Positions 9,618 to 19,407 of a stretch of 64,000 nucleotides of DNA are shown here, in pieces. How positions within the stretch are numbered: position 1 is the stretch's first letter; the number at the start of each line of letters is the position of its first letter. Both the position numbers and the translations under genes were made by a program. The DNA lies in IMG/VR virus record IMGVR_UViG_3300046516_001816, positions 186,001-250,000 of that record. One strand, 5' to 3'. The notes below the pieces were generated by a model. It was given only the letters and a program-made list of their open reading frames with translations. It made no database searches and was not told the origin of the DNA.

Positions 9618-10559
9618 ATGACTTGCATCGTGTGGCACAAAGGTAAGCTGTATGCGGATTCGTATACCGTGAAAGAAAACGAGACCTTCCAGTCGCTCAC
9701 CAAGATTACGCAGTACGTCACGCCCGTGAAGGTGGTCTGCACGCTGCCGGGGTTTGACATCAATGACCGGGTGTTTGCCTGGACGGGCTCGGGTGGCAAT
9801 GCCGCCATGAAGAAGTTTGCCGATTGGCTGGAAATCGAAGGCGCGAACCCGGACGCTCAAGGTCGGTTTGGCGCTATCTTTGATTTCTATACGTTGGTGG
9901 CCGATCAGCAGTTGGTCAACGGCATGGGCAATCTGTTCGAGATCTTCTTTGTGGGCGAACAGTACAACCATAGCTTTCGGTTGGACTACACGAAGGGCTT
10001 TTCGTATCAGCGGCTGGATAAGAACGAGTCGGTCTTCTACGGCTCGGGTCACCAGCTGTGCCTGAACTTCATGAAGGAATGGCAGGATCCGGTGCGTGCC
10101 ATGCTGGAAACCTTCTTTATCGATCCGGCCTCGGGCGGCATGATCGAGATCTGGGGATGGCGCGAACCGAGACCCGAAGATGTCCTGCCGCACTTTCATC
10201 GCGAAGGCATCGTGATGGATATTCCGAAGGAGCATCTGCGGTACTTCTTGGACCATCTGTGCAAGAATAAGCGGAAGCCGATTCCGCCGCACTATATCCG
10301 TAAGGGTGAGGCGGACGTGATGCTCGCACGCGCGGCGAAGCTTAACCTGGAATTGGAAGAGACGATCGCCAAGCAAGCCAGGTTGATTGCACGTCTTCAG
10401 AAACAGTTGGGGATCGTGCCAGCGAAGAAGGTAGTCAAAAAACCGGCTGCCAAGAAAGTCGAAGTCCACGCACTACCTGCGCCGAAGTCCGCAGGCCAAC
10501 CGATAGTTGGGACCAAGCGTGCGTCGCTTAAGCCCAATCACCGTCAACCATCCATCTAA
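9618..10559 (+). CDS. Ntn-hydrolase (HslV/proteasome-beta-like) peptidase candidate with a basic C-terminal tail
   Basis: N-terminal MTCIV..G.LYADS, internal GSG motifs and a DPASGG.I motif typical of phage proteasome-beta-like proteins. Confidence 0.55.
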   Translation: MTCIVWHKGKLYADSYTVKENETFQSLTKITQYVTPVKVVCTLPGFDINDRVFAWTGSGGNAAMKKFADWLEIEGANPDAQGRFGAIFDFYTLVADQQLVNGMGNLFEIFFVGEQYNHSFRLDYTKGFSYQRLDKNESVFYGSGHQLCLNFMKEWQDPVRAMLETFFIDPASGGMIEIWGWREPRPEDVLPHFHREGIVMDIPKEHLRYFLDHLCKNKRKPIPPHYIRKGEADVMLARAAKLNLELEETIAKQARLIARLQKQLGIVPAKKVVKKPAAKKVEVHALPAPKSAGQPIVGTKRASLKPNHRQPSI

Positions 10560-10584
10560 CCAGTAGAACGAGGTCGTTTCAAAG

Positions 10585-10962
10585 ATGAACAAAGTAATCG
10601 CTTACCTGCAACGCGCATTCGAAGGCCGTGACCTGGAGAAGGACGCCGACGCCCTCGAGATGAAGGTCGAAGAACTGAAGGCACTGATTGAACACGGCGG
10701 CATGATTACCGCAGCGTTCGCCAAGAAGCTGGAAGGCGCTATCAATTCGATCCGCGCAGGCGAGCTGCTCGACACGCAACTCGAACAAGCCAAGGATGAA
10801 TCTCGCAGCATCGCACTGACGCCTGCTGAGAAGAAAGCTGCCAAGCAGGCAGCGTCCGCGTCGAACACGACGTCCAGCCCGCGTACGCCGTCGCAGGGCT
10901 CGGCCCGTCCCTATGGTGCCGCTGGCGCCCAGGGCAATTACCGTACCGCGTATCGTTTCTAA
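10585..10962 (+). CDS. Hypothetical coiled-coil protein
   Basis: ORF with biased codon usage. Confidence 0.65.
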   Translation: MNKVIAYLQRAFEGRDLEKDADALEMKVEELKALIEHGGMITAAFAKKLEGAINSIRAGELLDTQLEQAKDESRSIALTPAEKKAAKQAASASNTTSSPRTPSQGSARPYGAAGAQGNYRTAYRF

Positions 10963-11028
10963 GCAAGTGCAGCATCGGGGAGCGTTGACTCCCCGTACAA
11001 CTTCTAATCAACCAAACGAAAGGAACCA

Positions 11029-11322
11029 ATGATGGCTAAGAAAGAAGTGACTCCCGGCGCGCTTTGCAAGATCATCGGTTCTGTCGATGGTCCGAATGGG
11101 AAGTCAGTGGGCAGGCAGTGTCGTGCCGTGGAACGTCATCAGCAAGAGCACGTGCTGCACGGCCCGATCTGGCTCTGTGAGTCGGTGGATGGTGCAGACT
11201 TTGTGACGCAGTATGGAGCGCTCGGGTCCCGCGCGCACTTTGCCGAGGACTGGTTGTTAGTGCTGGACGAAGATCCCAACGCGTTGCCGCGCATCACCGA
11301 AAAGGAGCTAGAACATGGCTGA
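11029..11322 (+). CDS. Hypothetical protein
   Basis: AAGGA RBS; coupled to the next ORF. Confidence 0.65.
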   Translation: MMAKKEVTPGALCKIIGSVDGPNGKSVGRQCRAVERHQQEHVLHGPIWLCESVDGADFVTQYGALGSRAHFAEDWLLVLDEDPNALPRITEKELEHG

Positions 11323-11683
11323 TCAGAACCAGATCTACCGAATTCGTTTTAAAGTAGGTGAGAAGACCTACTTCTTCGTGAATGCCATGAGTCCCACTCG
11401 TGCATTGACTGACGACCCGCATCAGGCCCAGCGGTTTATGTCTGAGACGAGTGTCGCGATGATCTCGCAACAGATCCTCGATGGTCGCAGCCGATCGACG
11501 GGTCCGACTCAGTACTTCACGGTCCTGAAGACGCGTCTTCTCTCACTGAATCCGGCAGTGCGTGCCTCGATGCACGTCGACTACGCACGTATCCTGTCGG
11601 ACGGATTGGCGGGGGTCTGGTCGGAAATGCCAAAAGGTGGCGTCTTTTTAAACATCCCAAATCAGCAAATCAAACATGCCTGA
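11315..11683 (+). CDS. Hypothetical protein
   Basis: GGAG RBS; coupled ORF. Confidence 0.6.
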   Translation: MADQNQIYRIRFKVGEKTYFFVNAMSPTRALTDDPHQAQRFMSETSVAMISQQILDGRSRSTGPTQYFTVLKTRLLSLNPAVRASMHVDYARILSDGLAGVWSEMPKGGVFLNIPNQQIKHA

Positions 11684-11852
11684 CGAGAAAGAACAAAACA
11701 AAGACGCCCCCCTGACTCAGGAAGGCGTCAAAACGGGCCTCAGGGAGGCCATTGAGCTTGTCCAGCAGTTGGGTAAGGCCAGCAACGGTCAGCCGCTTAC
11801 GCCGGGTTTTATCGCGTTTAAGCTGACCCAGCATCTGAGGAGCAAAGAGTGA
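11676..11852 (+). CDS. Small hypothetical protein (58 aa, MPDEKEQNK...), below the ORF-track cutoff
   Basis: Read manually; fills the gap and overlaps both neighbours. Confidence 0.55.
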   Translation: MPDEKEQNKDAPLTQEGVKTGLREAIELVQQLGKASNGQPLTPGFIAFKLTQHLRSKE

Positions 11853-12103
11853 TGGAACTCGCAAATCACTTGCTGGCTTCCCGCGAATTCTTTATGGGCG
11901 CGCTGGTGATGGGCATCCTGATGTTCGTGCTGATGGTCTACGCGGGCTATCTGCGGGCGCAGAATCTGTACCTCTCGTATCGCGCCGGCACCCCGGTGAA
12001 GCTCGGCGATGAGTTCTATTACCTGGTCCCTGAGGGCCAGTACAACCGGCTGATGACGCTGAAAAACCAACACGTCCAAGAACTAAGGAAACGAAGAATA
12101 TGA
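11849..12103 (+). CDS. Small single-pass membrane protein
   Basis: Hydrophobic segment [22 protein letters not shown]. Confidence 0.65.
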   Translation: MMELANHLLASREFFMGALVMGILMFVLMVYAGYLRAQNLYLSYRAGTPVKLGDEFYYLVPEGQYNRLMTLKNQHVQELRKRRI

Positions 12104-12876
12104 GCATCCTGTCTGACAACCAGATTCGCAGCCGTTGCCTGATTCCGACGCACGTGTTTGTAAATACCCAGAATGCGACGCGTACGTACTATCACGTCGC
12201 TGATAGCGCCATCTACGTGATGAATACGGGCCGGGTCGCGACGACTGACAACGCTTACGCGCACTGGAAGAGCTTGCTGCGCCCCCTCACGGAGGCGGAG
12301 ATCGCCGGTTATTGCGCGATGTATCCGCGCATGATCGCGCCGTTTGAAACGGAGCTGGTTCGTCAACGTAGTATCCCACTCAGTGAGGTGCACGGCTACA
12401 TCGAAAAGGTCATCTCCTACGGCACGTCGTCTTACGGCTACGACGTACGCTGCGCCGACGAGTTTAAGATCTTCACCAACATCAATTCGACGGTGATCGA
12501 TCCGAAGAACTTCGACGACAAGTCGTTCGTGGACTTTAAGGGCGATGTCTGTATCATCCCCCCGAATTCGTTTGCGCTCGCGCGCACCGTGGAGAAGTTC
12601 CATATCCCGCGCGACGTGCTGACGGTCTGCTTGGGCAAATCGACCTACGCGCGCTGCGGTATCATCGTGAACGTGACACCGTTCGAGCCGGAATGGGAAG
12701 GCTACGTGACGCTGGAGTTCAGCAACACGACGCCATTGCCCGCGAAGATCTACGCCCATGAAGGCGTGGCGCAAGTGCTGTTCCTGAAGGCCGACGATAC
12801 GTGCGAGACGTCGTACGCAGACCGCGGTGGCAAGTATCAGGGCCAGGCTGCTGAAGTCGTCTGTCCGAAAGTCTAA
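12100..12876 (+). CDS. dcd: dCTP deaminase with an N-terminal insertion
   Basis: [36 protein letters not shown] and GKYQGQ motifs. Confidence 0.95.
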   Translation: MSILSDNQIRSRCLIPTHVFVNTQNATRTYYHVADSAIYVMNTGRVATTDNAYAHWKSLLRPLTEAEIAGYCAMYPRMIAPFETELVRQRSIPLSEVHGYIEKVISYGTSSYGYDVRCADEFKIFTNINSTVIDPKNFDDKSFVDFKGDVCIIPPNSFALARTVEKFHIPRDVLTVCLGKSTYARCGIIVNVTPFEPEWEGYVTLEFSNTTPLPAKIYAHEGVAQVLFLKADDTCETSYADRGGKYQGQAAEVVCPKV

Positions 12877-12885
12877 GGAGGCTGT

Positions 12886-13401
12886 ATGGCAAAAACCAAG
12901 TATATCGGTGTTGACGTTGACAAGATCCAGTCTTTTATTGATTACTTGCGTTTACGTTACTCCCAGCTGAATGGAGTTATCTGCTGGGAGAAGCCTAAAG
13001 ATCTTGTTCATCTCGGTAGCTGCGAGGTGTGCGAAGTCATGCATGCGTTCTACCAACTTGGTAGCGAGCGATTTGAAAAAATTCACTGGTCGGATAATTT
13101 CAACGAGTCCGCTTACCGCAAGCTACTTGGTGAAGTCATTCAGGTCATCTTGCGCTTTCATGATCCGGAACTCAAGCGCGCTGCAAAAGCCAACGCACTG
13201 TATTGGAGCAAAGATATTGCCGAGGTAGTGTGGCGGTGTGATGCTTATGCACAGGCGGGTGGCGACGTGGGTGTCGATCATCTGTTGGCCGGCGCTTGGC
13301 TTAACGATGGTGCCAAGCGGATGAAAGGGACCTACGATTGGATTGTGCGCGAGCCTTTGCCGATTCCGCGTCCCGAGGCAATTGTTATTCCCAAAGTGTA
13401 A
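12886..13401 (+). CDS. Hypothetical protein
   Basis: AAGGAGG RBS. Confidence 0.65.
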   Translation: MAKTKYIGVDVDKIQSFIDYLRLRYSQLNGVICWEKPKDLVHLGSCEVCEVMHAFYQLGSERFEKIHWSDNFNESAYRKLLGEVIQVILRFHDPELKRAAKANALYWSKDIAEVVWRCDAYAQAGGDVGVDHLLAGAWLNDGAKRMKGTYDWIVREPLPIPRPEAIVIPKV

Positions 13402-13527
13402 GTCACAGTAGATCCATGGTCCGCGCCGTGGGTCTACCTTTTATGCCGCCTCAAAAATACTATGGAGACCAGACCAGCTCCAGGGCAACGTTGAAAGCCT
13501 TTTAGTAATAATAGCAATGAGGCTCGT

Positions 13528-14088
13528 ATGTGGCTACAACGCGGGGAAGTCCCACAGAAGTTCCGATCCATCCAACATATCGCAGGAGTGTTACTGAGCG
13601 TCGCAGGCGTCGCTGGCCTGAAGTATCGGGACAATGAGCTGGACCTATCTGAGTGTATCGGATTTACCCAGCATGAAACCATGATTGTTAACCTGGACTC
13701 CGGCTCCCAGAAAGTAACGGGGACCGTGATCGGTTTGATTACACCGCGCTCGGCAACCGTGCGTCTGGTGGAGATCGCCAAGGGTAACCTCTCGAAAGAA
13801 GTCATGCGCCTCCAAGCGCACCACTACCTCGTAGTGCCTGACTTTGATTTAGGTGAGAGCACTAAACCTCTCACCACGCTGTTTTACAAGAAGATGTGGG
13901 GTGTCGAACTCCATCAGCAAGCGGCTTTGCACTCTAGTGCGTGGGGCCAGTTTATCACGCACGCGGTGCAACTCCTCTTCCGGATGGATCATCCCACTGA
14001 CCTATCAGTCCAGGAAGAGGCAGAGATGTTGTTGCTTAACGTGATGCTCAAATGCATGGCGTCAAGCGGTCTGCCCAAAGCAGCTTAA
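13528..14088 (+). CDS. Hypothetical protein
   Basis: GAGG RBS; 186-aa ORF. Confidence 0.6.
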   Translation: MWLQRGEVPQKFRSIQHIAGVLLSVAGVAGLKYRDNELDLSECIGFTQHETMIVNLDSGSQKVTGTVIGLITPRSATVRLVEIAKGNLSKEVMRLQAHHYLVVPDFDLGESTKPLTTLFYKKMWGVELHQQAALHSSAWGQFITHAVQLLFRMDHPTDLSVQEEAEMLLLNVMLKCMASSGLPKAA

Positions 14089-14113
14089 TTCTTGAAGCGT
14101 ATCGAGGTGTACC

Positions 14114-14515
14114 GTGGACAACGTGGAAAACATTACCCTTCCGAGCGATGCATCGGGCGACGAGATTCTGGAAGCCCTGATCGAACAGATGGAAAGTCAA
14201 TCGCTGGCTGAGCGCTTTGACGAGTTTGTCACCACCGCCGTGATGACGGAAGACGAGCTGGATGAACTGCCTGAGGTCCCCACGGAGGCCGACTTACCGG
14301 GCTTTTACGTGATAGCACGGGTAACGACTGTGGATATTGGCGCGCAGTTGGACGTGAAAGGGATTGTGATCTCGATCTGGCCAGCGGAAGAACGCGAGTA
14401 CACGGACGACCTTCCTGCGGATCTGGATAAAGATCGCCACTGCCGCTTTTTGACGGTGAGCGATGAAGGGTTGATCGACGAAATGTACCTGTTACCGAAG
14501 TACACGCTGCACTGA
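14114..14515 (+). CDS. Hypothetical acidic protein
   Basis: GAGG RBS; GTG start. Confidence 0.65.
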   Translation: MDNVENITLPSDASGDEILEALIEQMESQSLAERFDEFVTTAVMTEDELDELPEVPTEADLPGFYVIARVTTVDIGAQLDVKGIVISIWPAEEREYTDDLPADLDKDRHCRFLTVSDEGLIDEMYLLPKYTLH

Positions 14516-14602
14516 TGAAAACTTACTGGCTAGGGGTATGCCTATGGGCGTGTCCCTAGCTCTTATGCCTTAAGATACCTAAACCAAGGAAACAAAAGCA
14601 TT

Positions 14603-15001
14603 ATGATGAATGTGAACCAACCCGATGACCCGATGCCCGAAACTGGGACGGCGCTGGACTTCGGCGCGCAACTCGGGGAGTTGATTAACAATCCGGCGAT
14701 CGCCCACGAGCTCGCCGAGAAGCTGGGCGCGGCAGTCCAGAAGGCTGTAAAGGATCTGGACGCGCTGTATCCGGAGCCGCACGTGCAGCACACCTACATG
14801 CTGCAACCGGGCACCTTTACCCTGCGCGGGGAAACGGTCCATGGCTTTAAGCTCACGATGAGTATCGTGGCTCAGGAAGACAGCGTCGAGCGCGGCACGC
14901 ATTACTATCTCGCGCTGAACAGCACCTTCGATCACGTGAAGAGCCTGGCACGTGAAGACGAGATTCAGGAGTGGAAGCTCGACCTTCCGAATCAAGCGTA
15001 A
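14603..15001 (+). CDS. Hypothetical protein
   Basis: TAAACCAAGGA leader. Confidence 0.7.
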   Translation: MMNVNQPDDPMPETGTALDFGAQLGELINNPAIAHELAEKLGAAVQKAVKDLDALYPEPHVQHTYMLQPGTFTLRGETVHGFKLTMSIVAQEDSVERGTHYYLALNSTFDHVKSLAREDEIQEWKLDLPNQA

Positions 15002-15041
15002 GGCAAACCAAACTAACCACTAAACCAAAGGAAAATAATCC

Positions 15042-15476
15042 ATGAAGAAACCGACCGACATCATGCTGCTGCGCAGCGACAGCACGGGCATCGCTGGCAC
15101 CATCGCCAACGCCCAACACCACGCGCAGCACATCCTGCCGTTCATCGATGCGATGAAAGACGCGGTGAAATACCTCGGCTTCAAGCGCTGGAAGCAAGGC
15201 AACAACGTACACCAATTCATCACGCACGAGAACCGTACGCTCGTGCTGCGTCCGATCTGTAACGACGGGCAGTCGCCGTTTTACTGCGGGGTGCGCCTCG
15301 CGCTCAAACTTGGTCGCACCTCGACCGACGAACACCGTCTGATGGAAATCACCGATCCCGCAGAAGTGCCCCGCATGCTGGAAATGATGCGCGCTTTTGC
15401 TGAACCGCGGAAGGGTCGCCTCAACTCCGGCCATGAAAAGACGATGGCCGACGCCGCATTGAAAAAGGCTGCATAA
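15042..15476 (+). CDS. Hypothetical protein
   Basis: TAAACCAAAGGA leader; followed by a hairpin. Confidence 0.7.
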   Translation: MKKPTDIMLLRSDSTGIAGTIANAQHHAQHILPFIDAMKDAVKYLGFKRWKQGNNVHQFITHENRTLVLRPICNDGQSPFYCGVRLALKLGRTSTDEHRLMEITDPAEVPRMLEMMRAFAEPRKGRLNSGHEKTMADAALKKAA

Positions 15477-15541
15477 ACGCAGCCCTCGGGCGGGGTGGCC
15501 ACTCCGCCTTTTACAACACTAAACCAGGAATAAACCGGACC

Positions 15542-15922
15542 ATGAACCAAGTCGTACACAGCCGGATCTACGGCACCGATCTGAAAGAGATCGTCCCGAA
15601 CAAAGAGCTTTTCAAGAGCGTGGGTATCTGGATGACGAAGATGCTCAAGCAACTCAACCGGAACGTGGCGTCGCTGCCGGGGGTGAACCCGGCTGACAGC
15701 AATATCAGCACGCACTGTCTGCCGATCGTGATGACCCACGAGGAGCAAATCCATCGCGGCTGGTGTCTGGATATCTCGGCGCAGGTGAATAACGGCCTGC
15801 GGGTGCAAGCGCTCTGTTTCCTGCGCGCTGGCGACGACGGCTACACGGCGGTCGAAATCATTGACCCGAACCTCGTGTCGGAGTGGAATTACGTCAACCA
15901 AACCGTCCCGGAACTGGCATGA
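15542..15922 (+). CDS. Hypothetical protein
   Basis: CTAAACCAGGA leader. Confidence 0.7.
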   Translation: MNQVVHSRIYGTDLKEIVPNKELFKSVGIWMTKMLKQLNRNVASLPGVNPADSNISTHCLPIVMTHEEQIHRGWCLDISAQVNNGLRVQALCFLRAGDDGYTAVEIIDPNLVSEWNYVNQTVPELA

Positions 15923-16566
15923 ACCACGTCATCTGCCCCAACGAGAAATGCCGCTCCACTGTCTATATTGGCAGCGAGCTCTGGGACCAGATGACGCAAC
16001 CGGGCAGCCTGGCCGTGATCGGGTGTCCGTATTGCAGCTGGCGAATACCCGGCGCCCATTTACAGAACATCAAACACCGTCTGAATCATGGGTGGTGGAG
16101 TATCGGCAACGCGGGTCACGTCATTCTGCACAATGACGCAGGCGATGCCTATCCGGAGAAAGTGGTCCCCGATGATCCGTCGACGATCCTGGGACCCTTG
16201 CCCTTTCTGATGGTGCGGGCCAATCGCGTGGGTCCGAACAACGAGTTGCCACCGGCCGAATGGGTGCATATCCCCGTCGGTCAGTACGGCGACTGTCGCG
16301 ATGAAGTCCTGGGTGGCGTGGCGTACAAAGCCTGGTACAAGAAACGCATGCCGCTCGTGAAGCATGGTGAAAAGATTCAGCTGGAGTTAAGTCAGGACGA
16401 GATTGATGCGATTGTGTATGCCGCCAAAAAGATGTACGGCGACGAAGCCTACGCCTGTGTCTCGGAAATGGTGATGTACGACGGCTATGGTCAATTCGTG
16501 CACCGGGGTAATATCGACCCCCTCGCCCTCGGTGCCTTTAACGGTGTGACGATTGACGTCGCATAA
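15919..16566 (+). CDS. Hypothetical protein with an N-terminal zinc ribbon
   Basis: CPNEKC...CPYC; coupled start. Confidence 0.65.
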   Translation: MNHVICPNEKCRSTVYIGSELWDQMTQPGSLAVIGCPYCSWRIPGAHLQNIKHRLNHGWWSIGNAGHVILHNDAGDAYPEKVVPDDPSTILGPLPFLMVRANRVGPNNELPPAEWVHIPVGQYGDCRDEVLGGVAYKAWYKKRMPLVKHGEKIQLELSQDEIDAIVYAAKKMYGDEAYACVSEMVMYDGYGQFVHRGNIDPLALGAFNGVTIDVA

Positions 16567-16578
16567 GGAGCGTGAAGG

Positions 16579-16920
16579 ATGTTTGTACCCCCCAAGGACG
16601 GGAATATCACCCAGTGGATCTTGGATAACCTTGCAGAGCCTTCCCCGACTCTGATTGGCCAGGTCAAGCTGATGTGGGATTCCCTGGATGAAACCCGCAA
16701 GGACATGGGCTTAGGTCCCACCGATGTGGATTTCGCTCTGGGTATGGCGGAGATTCATTTCAAAAACGGCGAGCAGAAGATCGCTTACCGATTGCGCTTT
16801 ATGTTCCCCCAACAGGAAGAAGTGGCATTCTTCCTGATGCTTAATCCGAATAACAAGATCGTCCAGATTATCTTCCAGGGCGACCACATGACTGAGAGCC
16901 AGGCAGCTACCTTTCAGTAA
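16579..16920 (+). CDS. Hypothetical protein
   Basis: AAGGA RBS. Confidence 0.65.
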   Translation: MFVPPKDGNITQWILDNLAEPSPTLIGQVKLMWDSLDETRKDMGLGPTDVDFALGMAEIHFKNGEQKIAYRLRFMFPQQEEVAFFLMLNPNNKIVQIIFQGDHMTESQAATFQ

Positions 16921-16943
16921 CAACTCTAAACCAAGGAAGCACC

Positions 16944-17183
16944 ATGAAAGATATCGTAGAAGCACTGAAAGCGCTCACCGCTTCGATTGCAGCGGTCGAC
17001 AAAGAAACGCAAAAAACCAAACGGGCGATTTCCCCGGCTGAGGCGAAGGTCATTACCCAGATGCGTAAGGAGCTGCGCAGCCTGCGTAAGGACTTTATCA
17101 AAGTCTGTACCTTGCCGGCGACCCAGGTCGCGAAAATCTTCGGCATCTCCGAGTCTCGGGTCTATCAGATCCGCGGCGAGTAA
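16944..17183 (+). CDS. Small helix-turn-helix protein
   Basis: C-terminal ATQVAKIFGISESRVYQI HTH; TAAACCAAGGA leader. Confidence 0.65.
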   Translation: MKDIVEALKALTASIAAVDKETQKTKRAISPAEAKVITQMRKELRSLRKDFIKVCTLPATQVAKIFGISESRVYQIRGE

Positions 17184-17204
17184 CACTGACTGACGGCATA
17201 AACG

Positions 17205-17228
17205 GGGAGAGCTTCGGCTCTCCCTTTT
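17205..17228 (+). terminator. Intrinsic terminator just upstream of the array promoter
   Basis: GGGAGAGC-TTCG-GCTCTCCC followed by TTTT. Confidence 0.85.
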
Positions 17229-17253
17229 GTGCTACTCATTCTTTTTTTGCCCG

Positions 17254-17261
17254 TATATTAC
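17254..17261 (+). promoter_or_regulatory. phiKZ-type early promoter TATATTAC upstream of the TIGR array
   Basis: Exact match to the phiKZ early promoter consensus, 18 nt upstream of the first repeat. Confidence 0.65.
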
Positions 17262-17278
17262 TACTTTGAAGCTGAGGC

Positions 17279-19378
17279 TTTGAATCATTTTTCATAACTC
17301 ACCCATCAGGAGCAAATGTATCACGAGATCCAGGCTTCCAATATATAAGAGTGTGGCAAATGAAAGCAGTCGCACACCGAACGGAAACGCACCCTGTTGT
17401 TTAGTCACCCAAACCAAACCAGTGTATCAAAGCGATTCATGCACCCAGCTCGCGCAGTGTATCAATGAACTTCAGGCATCCGGGTACGGAAGTGCGTCGA
17501 ATCCATCACGCTCCCATCGTGGATGAGCGCGTCGACAGGGAAAATCCACCCAATGCAAGCTGAGCGCATCAACGATGTAAACTCACCCGATTCAACGTAG
17601 TGAGATAGAGAGACCAACGCCCCCACGAATCGTTAGCGTGTCATAGACGTTGAGTCGCCCAATATGTAGCAGCGTACCATGTGATAATAGTCACCCTTAA
17701 AGGACAAGTGCGTCAATAGCAAAGTGTCCGCCAGTTGAAGTCAACGTATCAAGGACAACCGCCAGTCAACCAGCTGTGAAGAGTGAACTTTCAAGAAGAG
17801 GCGCCCAGAAGGGGTCAGTGTGACAGGGCAGATAAGTCACCCATCGTTTCGAACTGAGTCAAGAACATGTGAGCCTACCGGGTTAACATGCGTACCATGG
17901 GGCGAGCGTCACCCATTTAAGTTCAGTGTGTCATACGGCAAATGTAACCCAAATAGATTTCGTAGTGAAGCAATGGATAGAAGGCACCCAATGTCTACGA
18001 TTGTATCAAAAGACTAGCTCCACCCAAGGTCTTCTAGTGTATCAATCTGGTATTGCCGACCATAAGTGGGCCAGTGCGCCAAAAGACGAAAGTAGTCCAG
18101 CAGGAAGTAAGTGTAACACGAGAGATATGACGTCCATACTCAACAACTGTGTCACGCGTGTCAGTCGTCCAGACAGGTAAAGTGCATCACAGAAACTACT
18201 TCCTCCAGTACGAAGAAGTGGATCAGTCCGTGCGCAGTCACCCATAGAGCATGAGTGTTTCAGAAGGGTTCAATGCAACCGATGTAGTTGAGTGCATCAA
18301 GCCGCATAGCGACACCCAAAGATGATGAGTGTATCAAAAGACCTAATTTTTACCCATAGACTAGGTGTGTATCATTCCGAAGCAGTCACCCAGTGAACAG
18401 TAATGTATCAAGGTAGGACGATGTCGCCCAGCGATTCGAGTGTAGCACGGTAGATGTGTCATCCAGAACAGGTATTTGTATCAAATAGCATAGTCATCCA
18501 GAGTGGACCAGTGGATCAGAACCATTGATTCAACCGAACGACCCAGTGCAGCAAAGGAGTCTAGTCGCACAGTAGTCGCATTGCAGCAACATTGCACAGT
18601 CCCCCATATCGTCCGATTGTATCAAAACTTGTAATGCCTCCAGTAATACTTAGTGTAGCAATCTGCTCCAGTCACCCATTGTGATAGATTGTAGCAAATG
18701 AGGATAGCCACCCTATGTGAGCAATTATATCAGCAATCATAAACCCTCCATAGTTAGCTAGTGGATCAAGGTGTCTATGTCACCCAGATCGACCCAGTGT
18801 AGCAAAGAACGGGAGTCCACCGCAAAACCGATTTGAACCAAAGTTATTACGCGCCCAAAACATGGAAGTGGGTCATGGAGAAACATTTCACCCAGCCCCG
18901 TTGACCGTATCAGTCTGCAAACTTCACCCATTGTAACACAGTGTATCATTGTAGGGTAGTCACCCGGAATCCTAACTGAACCAGAGACAGGAAGCCGCCC
19001 GATTAATAACAGTGTATCAACCTGAACATGTCGCCCAGATTGTCTTAGTGTATCAAAGTACGCACTGCATCCATTGAAATTCAGTGTATCGCAGTTGTAG
19101 AGTCGACCATATCTGGAAAGTGTAGCAAGATGGATTAGCCTTCCAATCCAGGAATGGAATCAAGTGCAACAAGCCACCCGTCGTAAGCTAGTGTATCAAT
19201 CACGCAAATCCACCCAACCAGTATTAGTGTATCAGTGCATTGAATTCCCCCATTGGAGAGAAGTGTATTAAGGTCCGAAAGTCCAGCAAATCGTAATAGT
19301 GCATCAGGGTTTTACAGTCACCCATCGTGCTCATGTGTATCAATCATCATCAGGCACCCAGAGTAGTTCAGTGTCAAC
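17279..19378 (+). repeat. TIGR-like dual-repeat array (~58 units of ~36 nt) encoding putative tigRNA guides
   Basis: Alternating degenerate 9-nt repeats AGTCACCCA and AGTGTATCA separated by ~9-nt unique spacers, e.g. 17403 AGTCACCCA-aaccaaacc-AGTGTATCA-aagcgattc; no credible ORF; abuts a Nop-domain gene. Confidence 0.9.
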
Positions 19379-19407
19379 AAACTAAACCAAACCAAGGAAA
19401 CTGTATC

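Noticed and set aside
17820-18949. Short ORFs listed inside the array (17820-18017, 17926-18180, 18042-18245, 18758-18949) and the 19327 upstream extension of tasA
   Set aside because: They have no RBS and run through the repeat periodicity; the ATG at 19408 has the phage's typical AACCAAGGA leader.
17279-19378. CRISPR array
   Set aside because: There is no constant 25-45-nt repeat and no cas gene; repeats and spacers are ~9 nt in a two-repeat alternation, which fits TIGR instead.
17279-19378. Self-targets of the array spacers within this window
   Set aside because: I spot-checked only one unit by eye and found no match; a full paired 9+9 nt search is needed, so no target is claimed.
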